Notes: generated from the letters alone by a model not told the origin. A DNA stretch of 63,284 nucleotides, filler included, from Asterionella formosa (GCA_002256025.1; 16 parts of 16 records of this genome joined end to end with filler, not necessarily neighbours in it), one strand, 5' to 3'; numbered from the whole stretch's first letter, positions 1 through 13,092 are shown. Program-made: numbers and translations.

Positions 1-186
1 TAACTAGAAGTAGTAGTATTTGTTGAATATATGAGCTTATTTGTTAATCCTTGTGTGTAACTCGTTCTCCAAGTCGACACCAAAGTATACAATGAGGGTT
101 AGTCGAGTTCTCTCATTATTGAGTTCTGATACATATATGATATAACACTAACCCTATATACATCTGTATTGATGCGCAAGATCGCT

Positions 187-292
187 CACCTGGTACTAGA
201 CGAGGTACCAGGGGTAGCAGGTGGTACCCTGGTACCTGGTACCACTAATACGTACTACCGGTATGAAGCTACAGTATTGGTGTACCGGTATA
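187..292. promoter_or_regulatory. cluster of TACC(A/T)GGTA / TACCGGTA palindromic units upstream of Tudor-SN
   Basis: cctggtac, ggtaccagg, ggtaccctggtacctggtacc and taccggta lie within ~100 bp, 115-220 bp upstream of the ATG at 407. A regulatory role is inferred from position only. Confidence 0.5.
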
Positions 293-406
293 CTTGAATA
301 AAAAGAATTGGATTACAACAATATATCGGAGAGCTACGATAAGGTGACGTTCCAAGAAACAATCCCGAAATAAACATAAATAATCCAGCAAATTCAGTTT
401 CCAACC

Positions 407-3404
407 ATGTCGACTCCTCGCGATGCCCCTGCTGCCCCTGCTCTACGCCCAGTCTTGCCCTCTCGCGGGGTTGCTATTGTAAAGCAAGTCCTGTCGGGTG
501 ATACCGTCGTTTTACTCGGGAAGGCTGCCTCATCCGATCAAAAGGCGCCTGAAGTGGTGTTTACGTTTGAAAAAGTGTCGGCGCCAAGGTGAGCAAGCTA
601 TTCTTGTATTCCAAGGGTTGCTTTTTCGTATTCCACGTTATCCTGTGCCACGTTTCTCACGCAGTCTACTTTTTGATTGACATGACACGGCATATCATGA
701 TATAGAATCGCGTCAAAGGGCAACAACCATGTCGACGAAGGAGGAGCCTTTCCCAGTCGCGAGTGGCTTCGCAAGCTCTGCGTCGGCAAGTCGGTTGCCT
801 TTGAAACGCGGAAACAAGGAGCCACCGCGGGCGACCGAGTCTACGGAGTCCTTTACTTGGCGTTGGACGACACGAACCCCGACGCTCCCACCAATCTAGC
901 CGTAGAGTGTGTCAGACTGGGATTTGGAATCCCAAAGGTGTACGATCGACCAGAAGGCGACGAAGCGGACGCCGAGGACCCCTCCATTGTTTACGAAAAG
1001 GAGCTCAAAGCCGCCTTGCTGGAAGCTCAGACGGAAAAGCGTGGCGTACATGCCGACGTGCCCTGTGTGCGCAACATGAAGAATGCTGGAGAGTCCTTTC
1101 AAATTCTCACATTGGTGGAAACTGTCAAGAAGCTCACGTCGAGCGGCAAGGTGACCTGTGTCATTGAGTATGTGTTTGATGGTTCGCGCGTGCGCTGTCA
1201 CGTCACTGACCCACAGATGGGGGACATGCAGTACGCCAACTTCACCTTGTTGTTGGCGGGGGTTCAGGCTCCGCGTCTAGGAAACCCGCAATTGAACCCA
1301 CCCACTGTCAATGAACCTTTTAGTCAACAAGCTCGCAGCTTTGTCGAAGCGAGATTGTTGCAGCGGGAGTTGGAAATTACCCTGCACGGAACGGACAAAA
1401 GTGGAGCTTGTGCCGTGGGAACCATTCATCATCCTAGAGGAAATATTGCCATCGAGCTATTGAAGAATGGCTTGGCGAAAATGAGTGATTGGAGCGTACG
1501 CATGATGAACCCAATGGATGTCCCTGCATTAAGAATTGCTGAGAATGGAGCCAAGGTGAGTTACAGAGGTCTGCTGAAATCACGCCCGAACAACCAACAA
1601 AGGCACTAACATTAAGCATACTCTCCAGAGAACCAATCTAGGAGTCTGGCAGACATATGCTGCTCCACAATTATCTGGTGGCTCTGAAATCATCGGAACG
1701 GTCGTTGAAGTCATTACAGGAGACACAGTAAGCGTCCTTCCCAATGGAATGGCTTATACCAGCGAAGACTGCCTAAAAAAGATAAGCCTCGCCAGTGTTC
1801 GAGCACCTCGTGTTGGAAACGAGCGGATGGGTAGAACAGATGAACCGCTTTCTCACGAATGCAAAGAGCGTCTTCGCGTGTTAACCGTTGGAAAGTCTGT
1901 CAAGATCCAAATTCACTACGAACGAGAAGTTCCTTTGGGTGAATCAACAGAAAAACGTCAATTCGGTACAATTTCAGTCGGCAAGCGCGAAGATGTAAGT
2001 GAAGTCCTTGTTAGTGAAGGCTTGGCAGTGACTCAACGCCACCGCGAAGATGATGAAAAGTCTCCTCGTTACGACGAACTAGTTGCTGCAGAAGCCGTCG
2101 CCAAAGCCAGTAAGAAAGGAATGCACTCGGAGAAGGAAATCAAAACGGGAACTGTCAACGATTTGGCAGACCCTCGAAAAGCAAAGGCGTACAGTGGTTC
2201 TTTGATTCGTGCTGGTATTTTGAAAGCCATTGTCGAATACGTTTTCAATGGAGGTCGGTTCAAGCTGTTAATACCGTCAGAAAACTGCCACATTATCTTT
2301 GCCCCAGATTTCTTGCGTTGTCCTCAGCCCTCAGCTCCTGTTGGAGCGAAAACTTCCAAACCTGCTGAACCATTTGGAGACGCTTCGAAACGCCATGCGC
2401 GTTTGACAATCTTGCAACGACAAATCGAGATTACATGCAATGGCGTGACCAATGGCGGTGTCATTACTGGTAGTATCTTTGTCGGAACAGGTAGTCAACG
2501 GAGGGACTACGCCTTGGAGATGGTCGGTGCTGGATTAGCAACTGTTGATCAGCGCAAGATTGACTATGGTGAAGCACCAAAGAGCCTTGTGGACGCCCAA
2601 ATGGCAGCCCAGGCCAATAAAGTCGGAATTTGGTCCCTAGAACAGCCAACCTCCGAAAAGACTGCATCCAAGGTTCTAGCCAAGTCAAAGGAGGAGTTGG
2701 CCACTGTGCGACTCAGCGAGATCCGAAGTGGCTCTCATTTCTTTTTCCGTATCGTCGGCGATGAATCGGGCAAAGTAATGGATGAGAGTATGCAGCTTTT
2801 CACGCAAAACAATGGAAAGAGGGGTGCTCCCTGTGATGTCAAAGTGGGAAAGGTTGTCGCTGCCTTGTTTGACGGCAGTTGGTACCGTGCGAAGATTTTG
2901 GAGCGCCGCCCCAACAACACTGTTCTGGTTTTGTATGTCGATCACGGTAACGTGAGTGTCGTCCCTGTTGCATCCCATTTACGTCCCCTTGACATGTCCC
3001 TTGGGATTGATCGAGTTCCAAGCGCTGCTAAAGAAGCTCAGCTAGCTCTAACCGTCACGCAATCGTTGGCTGATGATGATGGTGTCGAAGCCGCCCGTAT
3101 GTTGCAATCCATGGCTTGGGGTAAGGACTTGTCAGCTCGTATTCTTTGCGAATATGAGGGCAAGTTGGTTGTTTCTTTGCTGGACGGAAGTGACACTAGC
3201 ATCAATGAGGCGTTAGTTTCAGCGGGGCTTGCACGATGTGCCAAGGATTCTATTTTGGCCGACCTTCAGACTAAGATGGTCAACAGCAATGGGCTTGTCA
3301 GTCTTGCTGCCGAGTTACATGTTGCCCAAGATGCTGCTCGCAAAACCCGCTCTGGAATGTGGAGATACGGAGATGTTGGTGATGACGATGAAGATGATAG
3401 GTAG
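407..3404 (+). CDS. SND1: Tudor staphylococcal nuclease (Tudor-SN/p100); exons 407-588, 706-1555, 1629-3404
   Basis: Four SNase repeats (VKQVLSGDT, IEYVFDGSR, VEVITGDT, VEYVFNGGR), then a Tudor domain (FDGSWYRAKI...YVDHGN) and C-terminal GMWRYGD. GT-AG introns 589-705 and 1556-1628 join the ORFs in frame. Confidence 0.96.
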
Positions 3405-3697
3405 GCAGTATGCGGTGATATCGAATGGTGAGCGCCATTTACGGAAGCAAAAGCATACTCTAGCTATGTAATGAACTTGCTAAATTTTAAACTGCTATAG
3501 CTATACAAAAGTCCATAGATGCAGAATCTGATTAAGCAGTCTTCTAATATATGGGCGAACACTGACATTGCGTTTGTGAAAAAAGTAGCTGTCTCAAGGA
3601 GTGTGTGCCACATCTATATTAGAGGTATATAAACACATAGTACATACATAATTAAATAAATGATCATCTGTTTTCTAGCCAATTCCTACTCCCCTTT

Positions 3698-3863
3698 TTC
3701 AAGGTAAGTATTCCTTGTGCTGCCTGCCGACAAGACCTGTCCTTCCCTAGTTTTGTTAGCATAGGTGAGTCCCCAACCACCTTTCATGAAAGGTGATTGT
3801 CTTAGCCGCAACATTAGGGGAAACTCCAAGTGCCTAGGAAGGCAGCACAAGCTGCTTGTAGGG
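3698..3863 (-). mobile_element. SINE family A, 5'-truncated copy (body only)
   Basis: Reverse complement aligns with ~7388-7548 (ccctacaagcagcttgtg...gcggctaagac.atcacc...gactcacct...caaaactagggaag...atactt.ccttgaa) and with 56862-57077. Confidence 0.75.
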
Positions 3864-4428
3864 ATATATATATATTTATTAGTAAATTTAAAAGTGGCAA
3901 CTATGTAGTATCAAAACAACGTCTTTGGGCTTTTTCGATTTTCACTTATGGCTATCTCAAGCAAAATGCAGGAGCATGATGACCAATTTTTCTTTGAACC
4001 ATCTATTCTCAACACAGATTCAAAGTATAATATAAAAGAAGAACACCGGCGAATTGCGTTCAATTATGGAATACGCAGCACCGAAAGTGGCTATGATGGG
4101 AAGGAAGAAAATCACGGTATGCTTGTTTTGAGGATTGTAACTGTTAAATATCCAACGATGATTTGATTGACAATTCAACAAAAAGTTTGAATATTGTCAT
4201 TTTCCTCACTTTTGCCACTTTTCTTACGTACTGTGTATCATACCATAGCCACAGCAAGTTGGTGTAAATGAGAAATTTATCTACGTTTCCGTCTTTTAGC
4301 CCGAGGACTTGAGCTTACCAGGTAGCTATGCACAAGTATTATGATATCATACCGTGCGCACCTGTAATTGAGATTCCTTCTGCCGCAGCTTTATTGCCGT
4401 GTCAGTATAATTATTTACACTACTTACG

Positions 4429-5053
4429 ATGTTGACGACTCGATTTTGTAAAGCGACTGTATGCGGCATCTTCATCCTACTCCTTTCTCTCACTGCTTCC
4501 AGTGATGCTTTCGTATCACGCAGTGTTCTGAAACATGGTACAGTTTCATTTTCTTCCGCGAAAATCCTGCAGCAACAGCAATTCGACGTTCGGTCGACCT
4601 GCTCCACTTTGCGATTATCAGCCGATCCCAAGGGAGAAAGTACACTACCAATGTTGTTGGATCCAGGTACCAAGGGAGGGGCTTTGTTTTTGAGCTTGAT
4701 CCTTTTCATCCTTCCTCTCATTGGTTATCAATTCTGCACAAATGTCCTTGGTTATGACGGAATTGATGTCGGCAGATTTATTGGTGTTGGCTTTACGTTG
4801 TTAACTACCGTACTTTGGGTTGGTACTTACATCTTTCGAGTGGCGACTAAAGACATGACTTATGTAAGTACAGATATTGAGTATCAGACACCGACGCCTT
4901 TTTTTGAGATGAAACTAATAACATAAAACGTGTCAATTTCAGGCCAAGCAATTGAAGGATTACGAGAATGCTGTCATAGCTAAGCGACTGGAGGAGCTAG
5001 ACGAGGATGAAATCCAAGCATTGGTCGAAGACATCGAGAGAGACGATTTCTAA
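4429..5053 (+). CDS. plastid-targeted DUF3007-family membrane protein; exons 4429-4863, 4943-5053
   Basis: Signal peptide plus SSDA|FVS (ASAFAP-like) motif and two TM helices. Splicing of GT-AG intron 4864-4942 gives TYIFRVATKDMTY/AKQLKDYENAVIAKRLEEL, typical of DUF3007. Confidence 0.85.
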
Positions 5054-7226
5054 ATGCTGTTCTATACATTGGTAAGACTAAAGTCCACGACCTGACAAAA
5101 TGGCACTGCGGCAATAAAACAATGCAAAACACATAAAAATTTGCAGACAATGACTGAGATGAAGCTATGGCCTGGTATCTTGTAGCCATTTTAGTGAAGT
5201 GAATACTCGTTGTAGTAGCAACAAGTATATATGGAATCTATCATAAGATGTGCTGGTAAATCTGTGTCAAAATATTACATGCATGTATCCCGACAATAGA
5301 GTCTAGATTGGTGTATTACCTGTGCTCCATCATGCACGTAAATTAGACAACAATACTATGCAGGATTACGATCTGGTTTCTGGTGTCCTGCCTTACGTAG
5401 TAATATATGATCGGAATTTCGTGGGAATTGGTAATTTTTTGGTGGCTAACATAAAAAATGATTCCATTTGAATTTTTAAAAATCTGTCATACTAGTTGAA
5501 ATGTAGAAAGAATGAAGATTCCTTGCGAACCCAGCTCAATTAACATTCAACTGCGGCAGCTACATCAATGAATAATGTATATGGATCTGTATTAACCACT
5601 TCAACAGAACTGAATAGATCTATCTCTATATGCATGGATACCCTGTAGCCATTGGAGTAACAGGTACACTGGTACTCTGAGGTAATTTTTTGGTTTGGTC
5701 GACGTTTAGCAATGGCCGAAGCCACATAGTCCTAATTTAAGCAATATCAATGGTGGAAGCAAATCCACAATAAAAAAAATAGATTTGATCCCATTGAGTT
5801 TGGTTAAATCAGATGAAGTAAAATATTATTTGAAGCCAAAACCGGCCAGGTTGGTGAATAAGCAAAATGAATATTAATTAGAATCCTGTCTAGAAATCAG
5901 GCAAATGTCCATAGAGCTAGCAATGGTGTATACAGCAAAATTATTGCAACCTTGCTGGTGGTACCAGATATTTAGGCCCCAACTTGTGGACCCATATCTT
6001 CCGGTAGAAGTACTACGGTAGACGTACCACCGCTTCCCCTGGAAGACCCGGTAGCACACGTTTTATTCGCACTCTTTCAGTTTCGACTCACTCCCAATGA
6101 TTCGTCCCATGCATACTGGAAGAGATAGGCTGGTTGCACTCCACTGTAAATTCTCTCTTAAGTAGCTTTTCTATGCCGTTGAATTATCATTTATTAAATC
6201 CAAGTCGTGTTCTGATCTTCGAAATCGTGTTCACCTACTTCTACTAGCAATGGTATTCAGCAACTGGAAGACAATTGGCTTATACGATTCACCAATCAGT
6301 AACTTGTTCTAATCATAGTCAGTTTCTATAACAAGTTGTCAGCGATTTCTAATTGTATTCAGCAAATTCTAGTCATTGTCAGCAAGTTATAATCTCTGTC
6401 AGAAAATTTCTAGTCGTAGGTAGCCACCAGCAACTGAGTCAGTAATCGTAAACAAAAGTGTCATGTTGAAAATTTCAATGGACTATTAAATAGCAAATCA
6501 AAAAAATTGGTTCGATCTCCAGATTACCGTAGTGTAGTAGAGTATTGCACATTGGAATCGTTTTGAATTTTGCATCATCTCTAAACTACAAGATAATATT
6601 AGCTGTCGACGACTTCAATTTTCGTACTCAACATTAGTGACCTTACAATAACTCTTCTACAATTGCATTTTCTAGCTATATCATCCACAATGTACATACC
6701 AAATAGTATAGTAGCGTCGCTTTCATTTTCCATGGAGATATTGGTTTTTTTCGTCAAGGTCAAGGCAGAGACGGCATTATGCAGGATTATCCAGCCGCAC
6801 AAAGTCTATAATTTATTGTTTTATAAATAGAAACAAATCGCAATATCTAAGCAAAAAAGTATAAACTTAAGTCTACGAGGCTTACCTTGGCTCCTGGGTA
6901 CAGATACCCTGAGCATTTAAAGCAGCCATTGTATTTGATATGTATGATATTGCAAATATGCCGGTACGCTGTTTCATCAGGCGTGATAGTGACTGTGACA
7001 ATGTAAATAGATATAGCGTTATGAATTTTCATAGTATTGGCAAGGCTATTAGGGGAAAGTGGCTATGTCTGTTCATGTATATACTTCATATCCATAAGGG
7101 TATCTCATGAAAATCTATTTGTACTTGTAAGTTCTAGTCGTTGACAGCAAATTCTAGTCATTGTCAGCAAGTTCTAAATATAGCTTAAAAAAATTTCAAT
7201 ACGTGATAACTTTAAAAAAATTTAAA

Positions 7227-7550
7227 GATGGAGTGGCTTAGTGGTTTAGCACGTTGCCTTTGATCTGAGGAGCGATGTGAGGTTCGATTCCCGCAATTGT
7301 TTTGAGAAGCAATTGTTGGGTTCGACTCCCACACTCCTTACTGTCCCGTACGGTCTTGTCTGGTGTGCAAGAAATAGTGGGTTGCCCCCCTACAAGCAGC
7401 TTGTGTCGTCTTTCTAGGCGTTCGGGTTTCCCCCAACACTGCGGCTAAGACGATCACCATTCGCGAAAGCCGACTCACCTACGTTCCTTACAAAACTAGG
7501 GAAGCACAGTTCTTGTTGGCAAGTAGTACAATGAAATACTTGCCTTGAAC
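7227..7550 (+). mobile_element. SINE family A, near full length, tRNA-derived head
   Basis: Pol III A box TGGCTTAGTGG (7234) and B-box-like GGTTCGATTCC (7281) and GGTTCGACTCC (7319). The body is shared with 3698-3863 and 56862-57077, the head with 21436-21500. Confidence 0.75.
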
Positions 7551-7899
7551 CCCTCGGTTGGGCTTTAAAATTTGTTAAATTTTTTTAAGCTTAAACAGCC
7601 AATTGTTAGTCTGGTCTTTATCGATGTGAAAAGATTGAAACAATTGAGCAGGACCGTCACCAGAGCATTTTTCTTCAGTATTGTCATTCTTCATCTTGTC
7701 CTCACTCATGATGGTCGCTCCTCTTTCCTTTTAATGTTTCTTTTACACTGCATCAAATGTAATTTTTTCACAGAGATGGGAATACAATAGCTGGGATAGC
7801 AGTGATTGCTCTCGACGTTTCCAAACACATCGCAAGGGTGAGTTTGTTTCTGATGTGTCACTCAATTACAATCGATTGTTGCTCTACCTGCAAACATAA

Positions 7900-8134
7900 A
7901 AAATGTCAAGTAAATTTTAAAATAGATTAAAGCTTTCCAATAATTGCACTTGGGCCCACCAAATAGATGGACACAATTAGTACCGGTTTTTATTCGTCCA
8001 TACGGTACAACAGGACCTGTCTTTTCGTCAGCCGCACCCCCGGGACCCTAGGGACTACATGAAAAAGACAGGTGGAGACTGCAGGAAACGAACCCACCAC
8101 CACAGTGAGTGTGATAACCACTAAGCCATTCCCC
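7900..8134 (-). mobile_element. SINE family B, full length (~235 bp) with 20-bp TSD
   Basis: Sense strand reads GGGGAATGGCTTAGTGG (A box)...GGTTCGTTTCC (B box). Colinear with 38082-38318. Flanked by tgctctacctgcaaacataa (7880-7899) and tgctctagctgcaaacataa (8135-8154). Confidence 0.85.
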
Positions 8135-9320
8135 TGCTCTAGCTGCAAACATAACAATAAATGATCTCAATCACAATAATCTCCTCTATTAGTAGACTAG
8201 CAGCTTGAGTTAGACTAGTGGCTTCTATTGAAGGAGTAGCTCATTAGTGTTCATCTGATGAAACCATCATGGTCAGCAGTCATTTCATCTCGTATGAGGG
8301 GTCTCAAAATATTGCTTAGAAATTAAATGAAAAAACGTAGTTAACTAGAATAGGAAATGATGAATGAGCTAAAATAATAATTTTATCTAACTAATTATTT
8401 TTTAAACTACACATTTCAAGTCGTCAGTCAGTAAATCCGAGTCATGTTCAGAGACTGATTTTGCAAATCGTCATAGTCAATAATAGTAACGTTTTTTGTA
8501 TGTTACTACAGGAATATTGTTTCCATCGAAAGCTGGCCTATCTCGTCCATCAGGCATGGGAAGAATCATTGTTGGGACTGAGTCGAAACTGCAAAGGTAC
8601 ACACTAACGGACCTTCCTTGAACGAGATAGCTGTATACATATATATATACAAACGAGATTCATTGATATTCATTCATTTTGGTATTGCCCTGTACATGTT
8701 TACTGGCATTTATTTATTGCGCGCAATGAAACATGGAAAACGGCAGGCTGACAGGCTAACCTTCGATTTTCAACTTTACGCTTCTTTTTCATTTTTTCTC
8801 GGGGCGTTGTGGGACCATCACCCTGGTATGATAACCGTTGGTACAATCTACGAAAATCCTTGTATGTATGTACTATGCATGATAAATGAAGGCCATATAA
8901 ACATTTAATTTAGCTCAGTTTTCCTCATAGTGTGAACCATCTTGTACAGCACACTCTCATTAGCCAACCTGGTGTACAGTAGTAATCTTGTCTCCGTTAC
9001 GATCAGGGGGCACGGTCTGGAAATCGAGAATGTTAGCTTTGTTGTAGTAACCTATACCGGTAGCGTAAACCGTCTTTTCCCAGGGGTGAGGCCACCGGTA
9101 CTGGAATAAACCTTTGCCCTGTCGCAATACTACGAACCTTTTACTGCCGCACTATTGTCAGCGAGCTCATCGTTAAGTTGTCTCGGTTTGCTTCTTAATT
9201 TCGTTGCCTCCTTGTTACGAAGATGCAAAGATAGACGACACAAAGTCTACTATTTCTGATCGCCTTCGAGACAGACACTCTTCATTTGTTTCCGCATTAC
9301 CGGTGATTTCAGTGACCAAA

Positions 9321-10164
9321 ATGAATGGGGATCCTACTGTGTTGCTAGCAGACCTCAATGCTAAGTTTCAAGCTGGCGATGTTGATGGTGGTATGGCAAC
9401 TCTGAACAGGATAAAGGTACGTTCTACCCTAAGTACATCAGACCTCCACGTTGAAGCATCGTTTTGCTTGAGCTTATCCCCATATTTCTCCCATTATCTC
9501 GTAGATTGCCATGTTAGAGCTTGAGGGAGCTTCCGAATCTTATGCACCAGTTGCAACCAGTGCGCTGGAGCTCGGAGTCTTGTTGACTGTCGCTGCCGGG
9601 GACCTCGATGCCTTTTCTCGCAACCTGGCTCAGCTTAAACCGTACTATTCCAGAGGAATCGAAAGTGAGAGGAAGAACCATATTTTGGGTCTTAATTTAA
9701 TGTTTCTGTTAGTGGAGAATCGCCTTTCCGAGTTTCACGCAGAACTCGAACTATTGACGGCCTCCGAAGCTGGCAATTCTTTTGTGTCCTTTCCAATCCA
9801 GTTAGAGCGCCAACTGATGGTGGGTAGCTACGATGAGGTTTTAAGTGCCAATTCTCGTATCCCGGATGCTTCCTATGAGTTCTTTATGGATAGCCTTTTG
9901 CAGACTGTACGAGACTCCATTGCGGACTGTGTCGAGGTGTCTTACAAAACGATGAAGATGCAGGATGCCATGACCATGATGAAGTTTGATTCTTCGGATC
10001 AATTGAAGGAATACATCGAGGAATGCCGAGATGATTGGCTGGTTGAGGGTGATACATTGTGCTTTCAACCTCCCCCAGCAGGAAGCAAGGCTAGCGATAT
10101 TCCCTCGATGAAGTTGATCGCACAGAGCCTCACTTATGCTACTGAGTTGGAACGAATTGTGTGA
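9321..10164 (+). CDS. RPN12: 26S proteasome non-ATPase regulatory subunit Rpn12 (PSMD8); exons 9321-9416, 9505-10164
   Basis: QLKPYY, LGLNLMFLLVENRLSEFHAELE, LERQLMVGSY and C-terminal YATELERIV. In-frame GT-AG intron 9417-9504. Confidence 0.95.
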
Positions 10165-13032
10165 GAACAAGGCAGAAACGGCGTGATTCTAAGGCGGTGC
10201 AGGAATTCGGGAACGCCTCAACTGTATCATGGTCCTAGTATTTTCAGTGTTGGGACTTAAACATATAGACAGGATCTGCCTTGACCTTGAAAGTTATGGT
10301 ACCATATAGATTCTGAATCTTCACTCATTTGATGATTTTCAGAATCTATTGTGGTTATGTTAGACATTCTATTTTGGTTTGTTTGAATGAAAGAATGTTT
10401 GAACCTGCCCTAATGATATACAATGATTTTCTTTTGCCAACTTTATTTCAAATGATGTCATGTGATACCATCAGGCATCAGGTAATCCATGTCAGTACCT
10501 GCTAGTACCCTGGTACTGGAATCTGGGAGCAGATACCATGTTCATGTTGCTTGCAAAACGTCTACTGTCTACATAACGGTGCTTGCACAGGAAACAAAAG
10601 GCCTTTTATGGGAATCTCATGGAAGGTGAGAGTGACAAAATGCCACCATACTGCTTTGTGCATTGTCATGCTTTTGCATTGGGGTTCTTTGAACAATTTC
10701 CAGGTGGTAGTAAAAAATCGATTTTGAGGCCCACTACACCAGCTCTTGTTTACTGGATATACTCTGTATGGGCTCCCATGAATGTTTGACTGATTTTCAC
10801 TGATTCAGGGTTATCTGGTTTGGTAACATCCCATACAAGGTGGACCTCTGTTGAGGAAAAATGACTACTGTTAGCAGACAGTAGTATATCTAGTACTGTA
10901 ATGACTGCACAGTCTGCATGACCAACAGTCATAGTGAGGAATTCCATGGAACAAGAAGGTCAGTTCAGGAAAATATATGCAGGATTCGTAAATGGAATAG
11001 CAATTCCAACAGAGCAAGTCCAACATGCAAGATTAAATGATAAGACTGAGATGATTGGAATTGCAAATTGTATGAATTTAACCAATGAGAAAGAGTGGAT
11101 TGAGGTGAAGAACAATCCAAGAAAGTAAGATTTGTGAAACAAGATCAATTTGGTAAGACCAAGTAATTTGGCAGGATTGATAGAATTTGGTAAGATTGAT
11201 AGAAAAAGTAATCTGAAGTAATCATAACATTGAAAGATGCAAATCTAACAGTAGATTGAAGTGTTGTCGAAAAACTAGATAGTGGAGAACTAGTAATACT
11301 GGACACTAGATGTGTAAGTACTATCAAAGAGATCTGGAACATCTCAACAGACCTCCTACTACCAAATTCTAAAATATGATGAAACAGGATCCCTTTTACG
11401 TTGACTAGATTTTGATGAATCTGCAAATTGAAACCTTAGTTGGGAAGACAAAACATCATAGGAACAGGAGGTAGTACCATATTTGGAAATCACTGCAACA
11501 TCAGGATCACCTGGTTGAAACCGAGTTTGGGATGACAAATCTTGATGACCCATGATACTTCTTTGATGGTAAGAACACAACCCTTATGATGATCAATCTT
11601 TTCAGCTTCCAGCATGTTTCCATGCCATATGCGATGTAGAAGATTGGTCCTAAATGAGTCAGAGAGTATCTAAAAAGAGTGAGCTTAGTTTTACCTAAAC
11701 TACATTTGCTCGCCAGTTGGTTCTAGTAGCTTAATTCTAGCTATTTAAGTAAGTCTTATTTATTGGCTATGCAATACATGATAGGCAATTCTACATGGAG
11801 CTCTTGTCATGTGCAGATTATGCTACTTCGAATGTGTTTTAGAAGCCTTGTACTAAGAGGATGCAAATTATTTTAGCTCGTCCATCTTTTCCTATAGTAA
11901 ATCAAAATTTTATATTTTATTAATAGCAGAAACATCAAGACCCTTGGCTGCATAGCTTGACTAGCATCATCGTTGATTACTTAGTAAGAATGGCAACCGA
12001 TCCATCGCCTCCACCATGTTGGTTTCACCGGATGATGGACTCTCACATCTAAAAAATAGAAAGAGTTCTACTAAGTACCAGTGCTAGTCAATTAGAGGTA
12101 GATGCACTTCTTTATTGAAATACTAATAGATTAGCATCATTGGCTGCTCATCATTTTTTGGTTGATTGTCATTTGATTGGCTGATTGTTGAATCTGCTAC
12201 CATTCTTTGTTGTCACGTTTTATCATTCATGTGGAGATTCCACATTTAATCGATAAACTTCTGCAATGAAGGATATCCTGGAGGCACGAACTTTCCTTGC
12301 TTTCTGGCCAGCACCTGCCTGAAAATCCCCAGTTATAGAGTTGCATGGCTACCCACCTATGCACTTGGTTCCGAAATATTTTGCCCTTACACATCTCGAA
12401 AAGCGATTTGTAAACGTAGCCATCTGTGCAAGATTAAACGATAACGGAATAAGATGGTAAGTGGATTTTGCTGGCAATAAGAATCAGTTATCAACCGATT
12501 TGCTTTCAACTGAAACATGCCAAGTTGATGATTTCCTCACACAAGTCTGACTTCCATCCTTGCTAGCGTGGCTTGTCAGATTTCTATGTACCAATTCAAC
12601 ACTTGGAGTATGCGCCAGTGCATTGTCTTTGTCTAAGTCTATTTAGGAAAAAATGGATGATCCAATTTTCACTAATCTATAAGACAACATAAATATGGTA
12701 GTCCAAATTTCGATATTCATGACATATGCAGTATAATAGCTTGTTTTGATGTTTTGATGAAAGTGTAACTTTGTCAAAAGTATAGAATTTTTGCTAAGCC
12801 TTTTTAGGGATGCATCCTCCTTTGGTTACAGGGTGGGTGCTCAAGAAATGCTTAACAGAAATTTTATACTTTTTTGATAAAAGCTATAAAATCAAGGTAC
12901 CTGAACAGCCAGGACCCTCCCCCCACCATTTCATTATATTCTAAAACTTTGGAGAGCATTTAGAGGATTGGCATACAAATCTAACAGCATCTGAAACCGA
13001 AACATGATGTAAGTACTACCCTGGCACATGAG

Positions 13033-13092
13033 AATGCAGGAATCGAACCCACCACCTCCGAAAAAGGCATGCTAACCAAATAAGCAATCCCC
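13033..13092 (-). mobile_element. tRNA-like SINE head (family B-like) followed by unrelated sequence
   Basis: Sense strand ggggattgcttatttggttagcatgcc...gaggtggtgggttcgattcctgca matches the family B head. It does not form a full cloverleaf. Confidence 0.55.

Larger units (their letters stand above)
6070..8600. mobile_element. degenerate non-autonomous TIR element (~2.5 kb) carrying two nested SINEs
   Basis: Imperfect ~60-bp inverted repeats at 6078-6133 (cagtttcgactcactcccaatgattcgtcccatgc...gagataggc) and 8532-8591. Internal ~21-bp subrepeats (agcaa.ttctagtc.ttgtc). No coding capacity; TSD not identified. Confidence 0.6.

Noticed and set aside
21..147. Possible solo LTR (tgttgaatat...tataaca)
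   Set aside because: No TSD and no second copy in the window; cannot be supported.
3700..3712. U1 snRNA 5' end (ATACTTACC on the minus strand)
   Set aside because: It lies at the 3' end of SINE A and is not followed by U1 stem-loops or an Sm site.
7227..7335. tRNA genes at 7227, 8134(-), 13092(-), 21436 and 38082
   Set aside because: They have A/B boxes but no complete cloverleaf, and most continue into shared repeat bodies; treated as SINE heads.
7985..8075. Hammerhead/HDV-like ribozyme in SINE bodies (CTGACGA...gtcc..ggac-GAA in B; GGCTAAG in A)
   Set aside because: Core spacing is not canonical and the words are not conserved in the second copies.
10250..11760. Decayed retroelement-like, purine-skewed sequence with short ORFs (similar at 22030-22850)
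   Set aside because: No recognisable domain motif or termini by eye.
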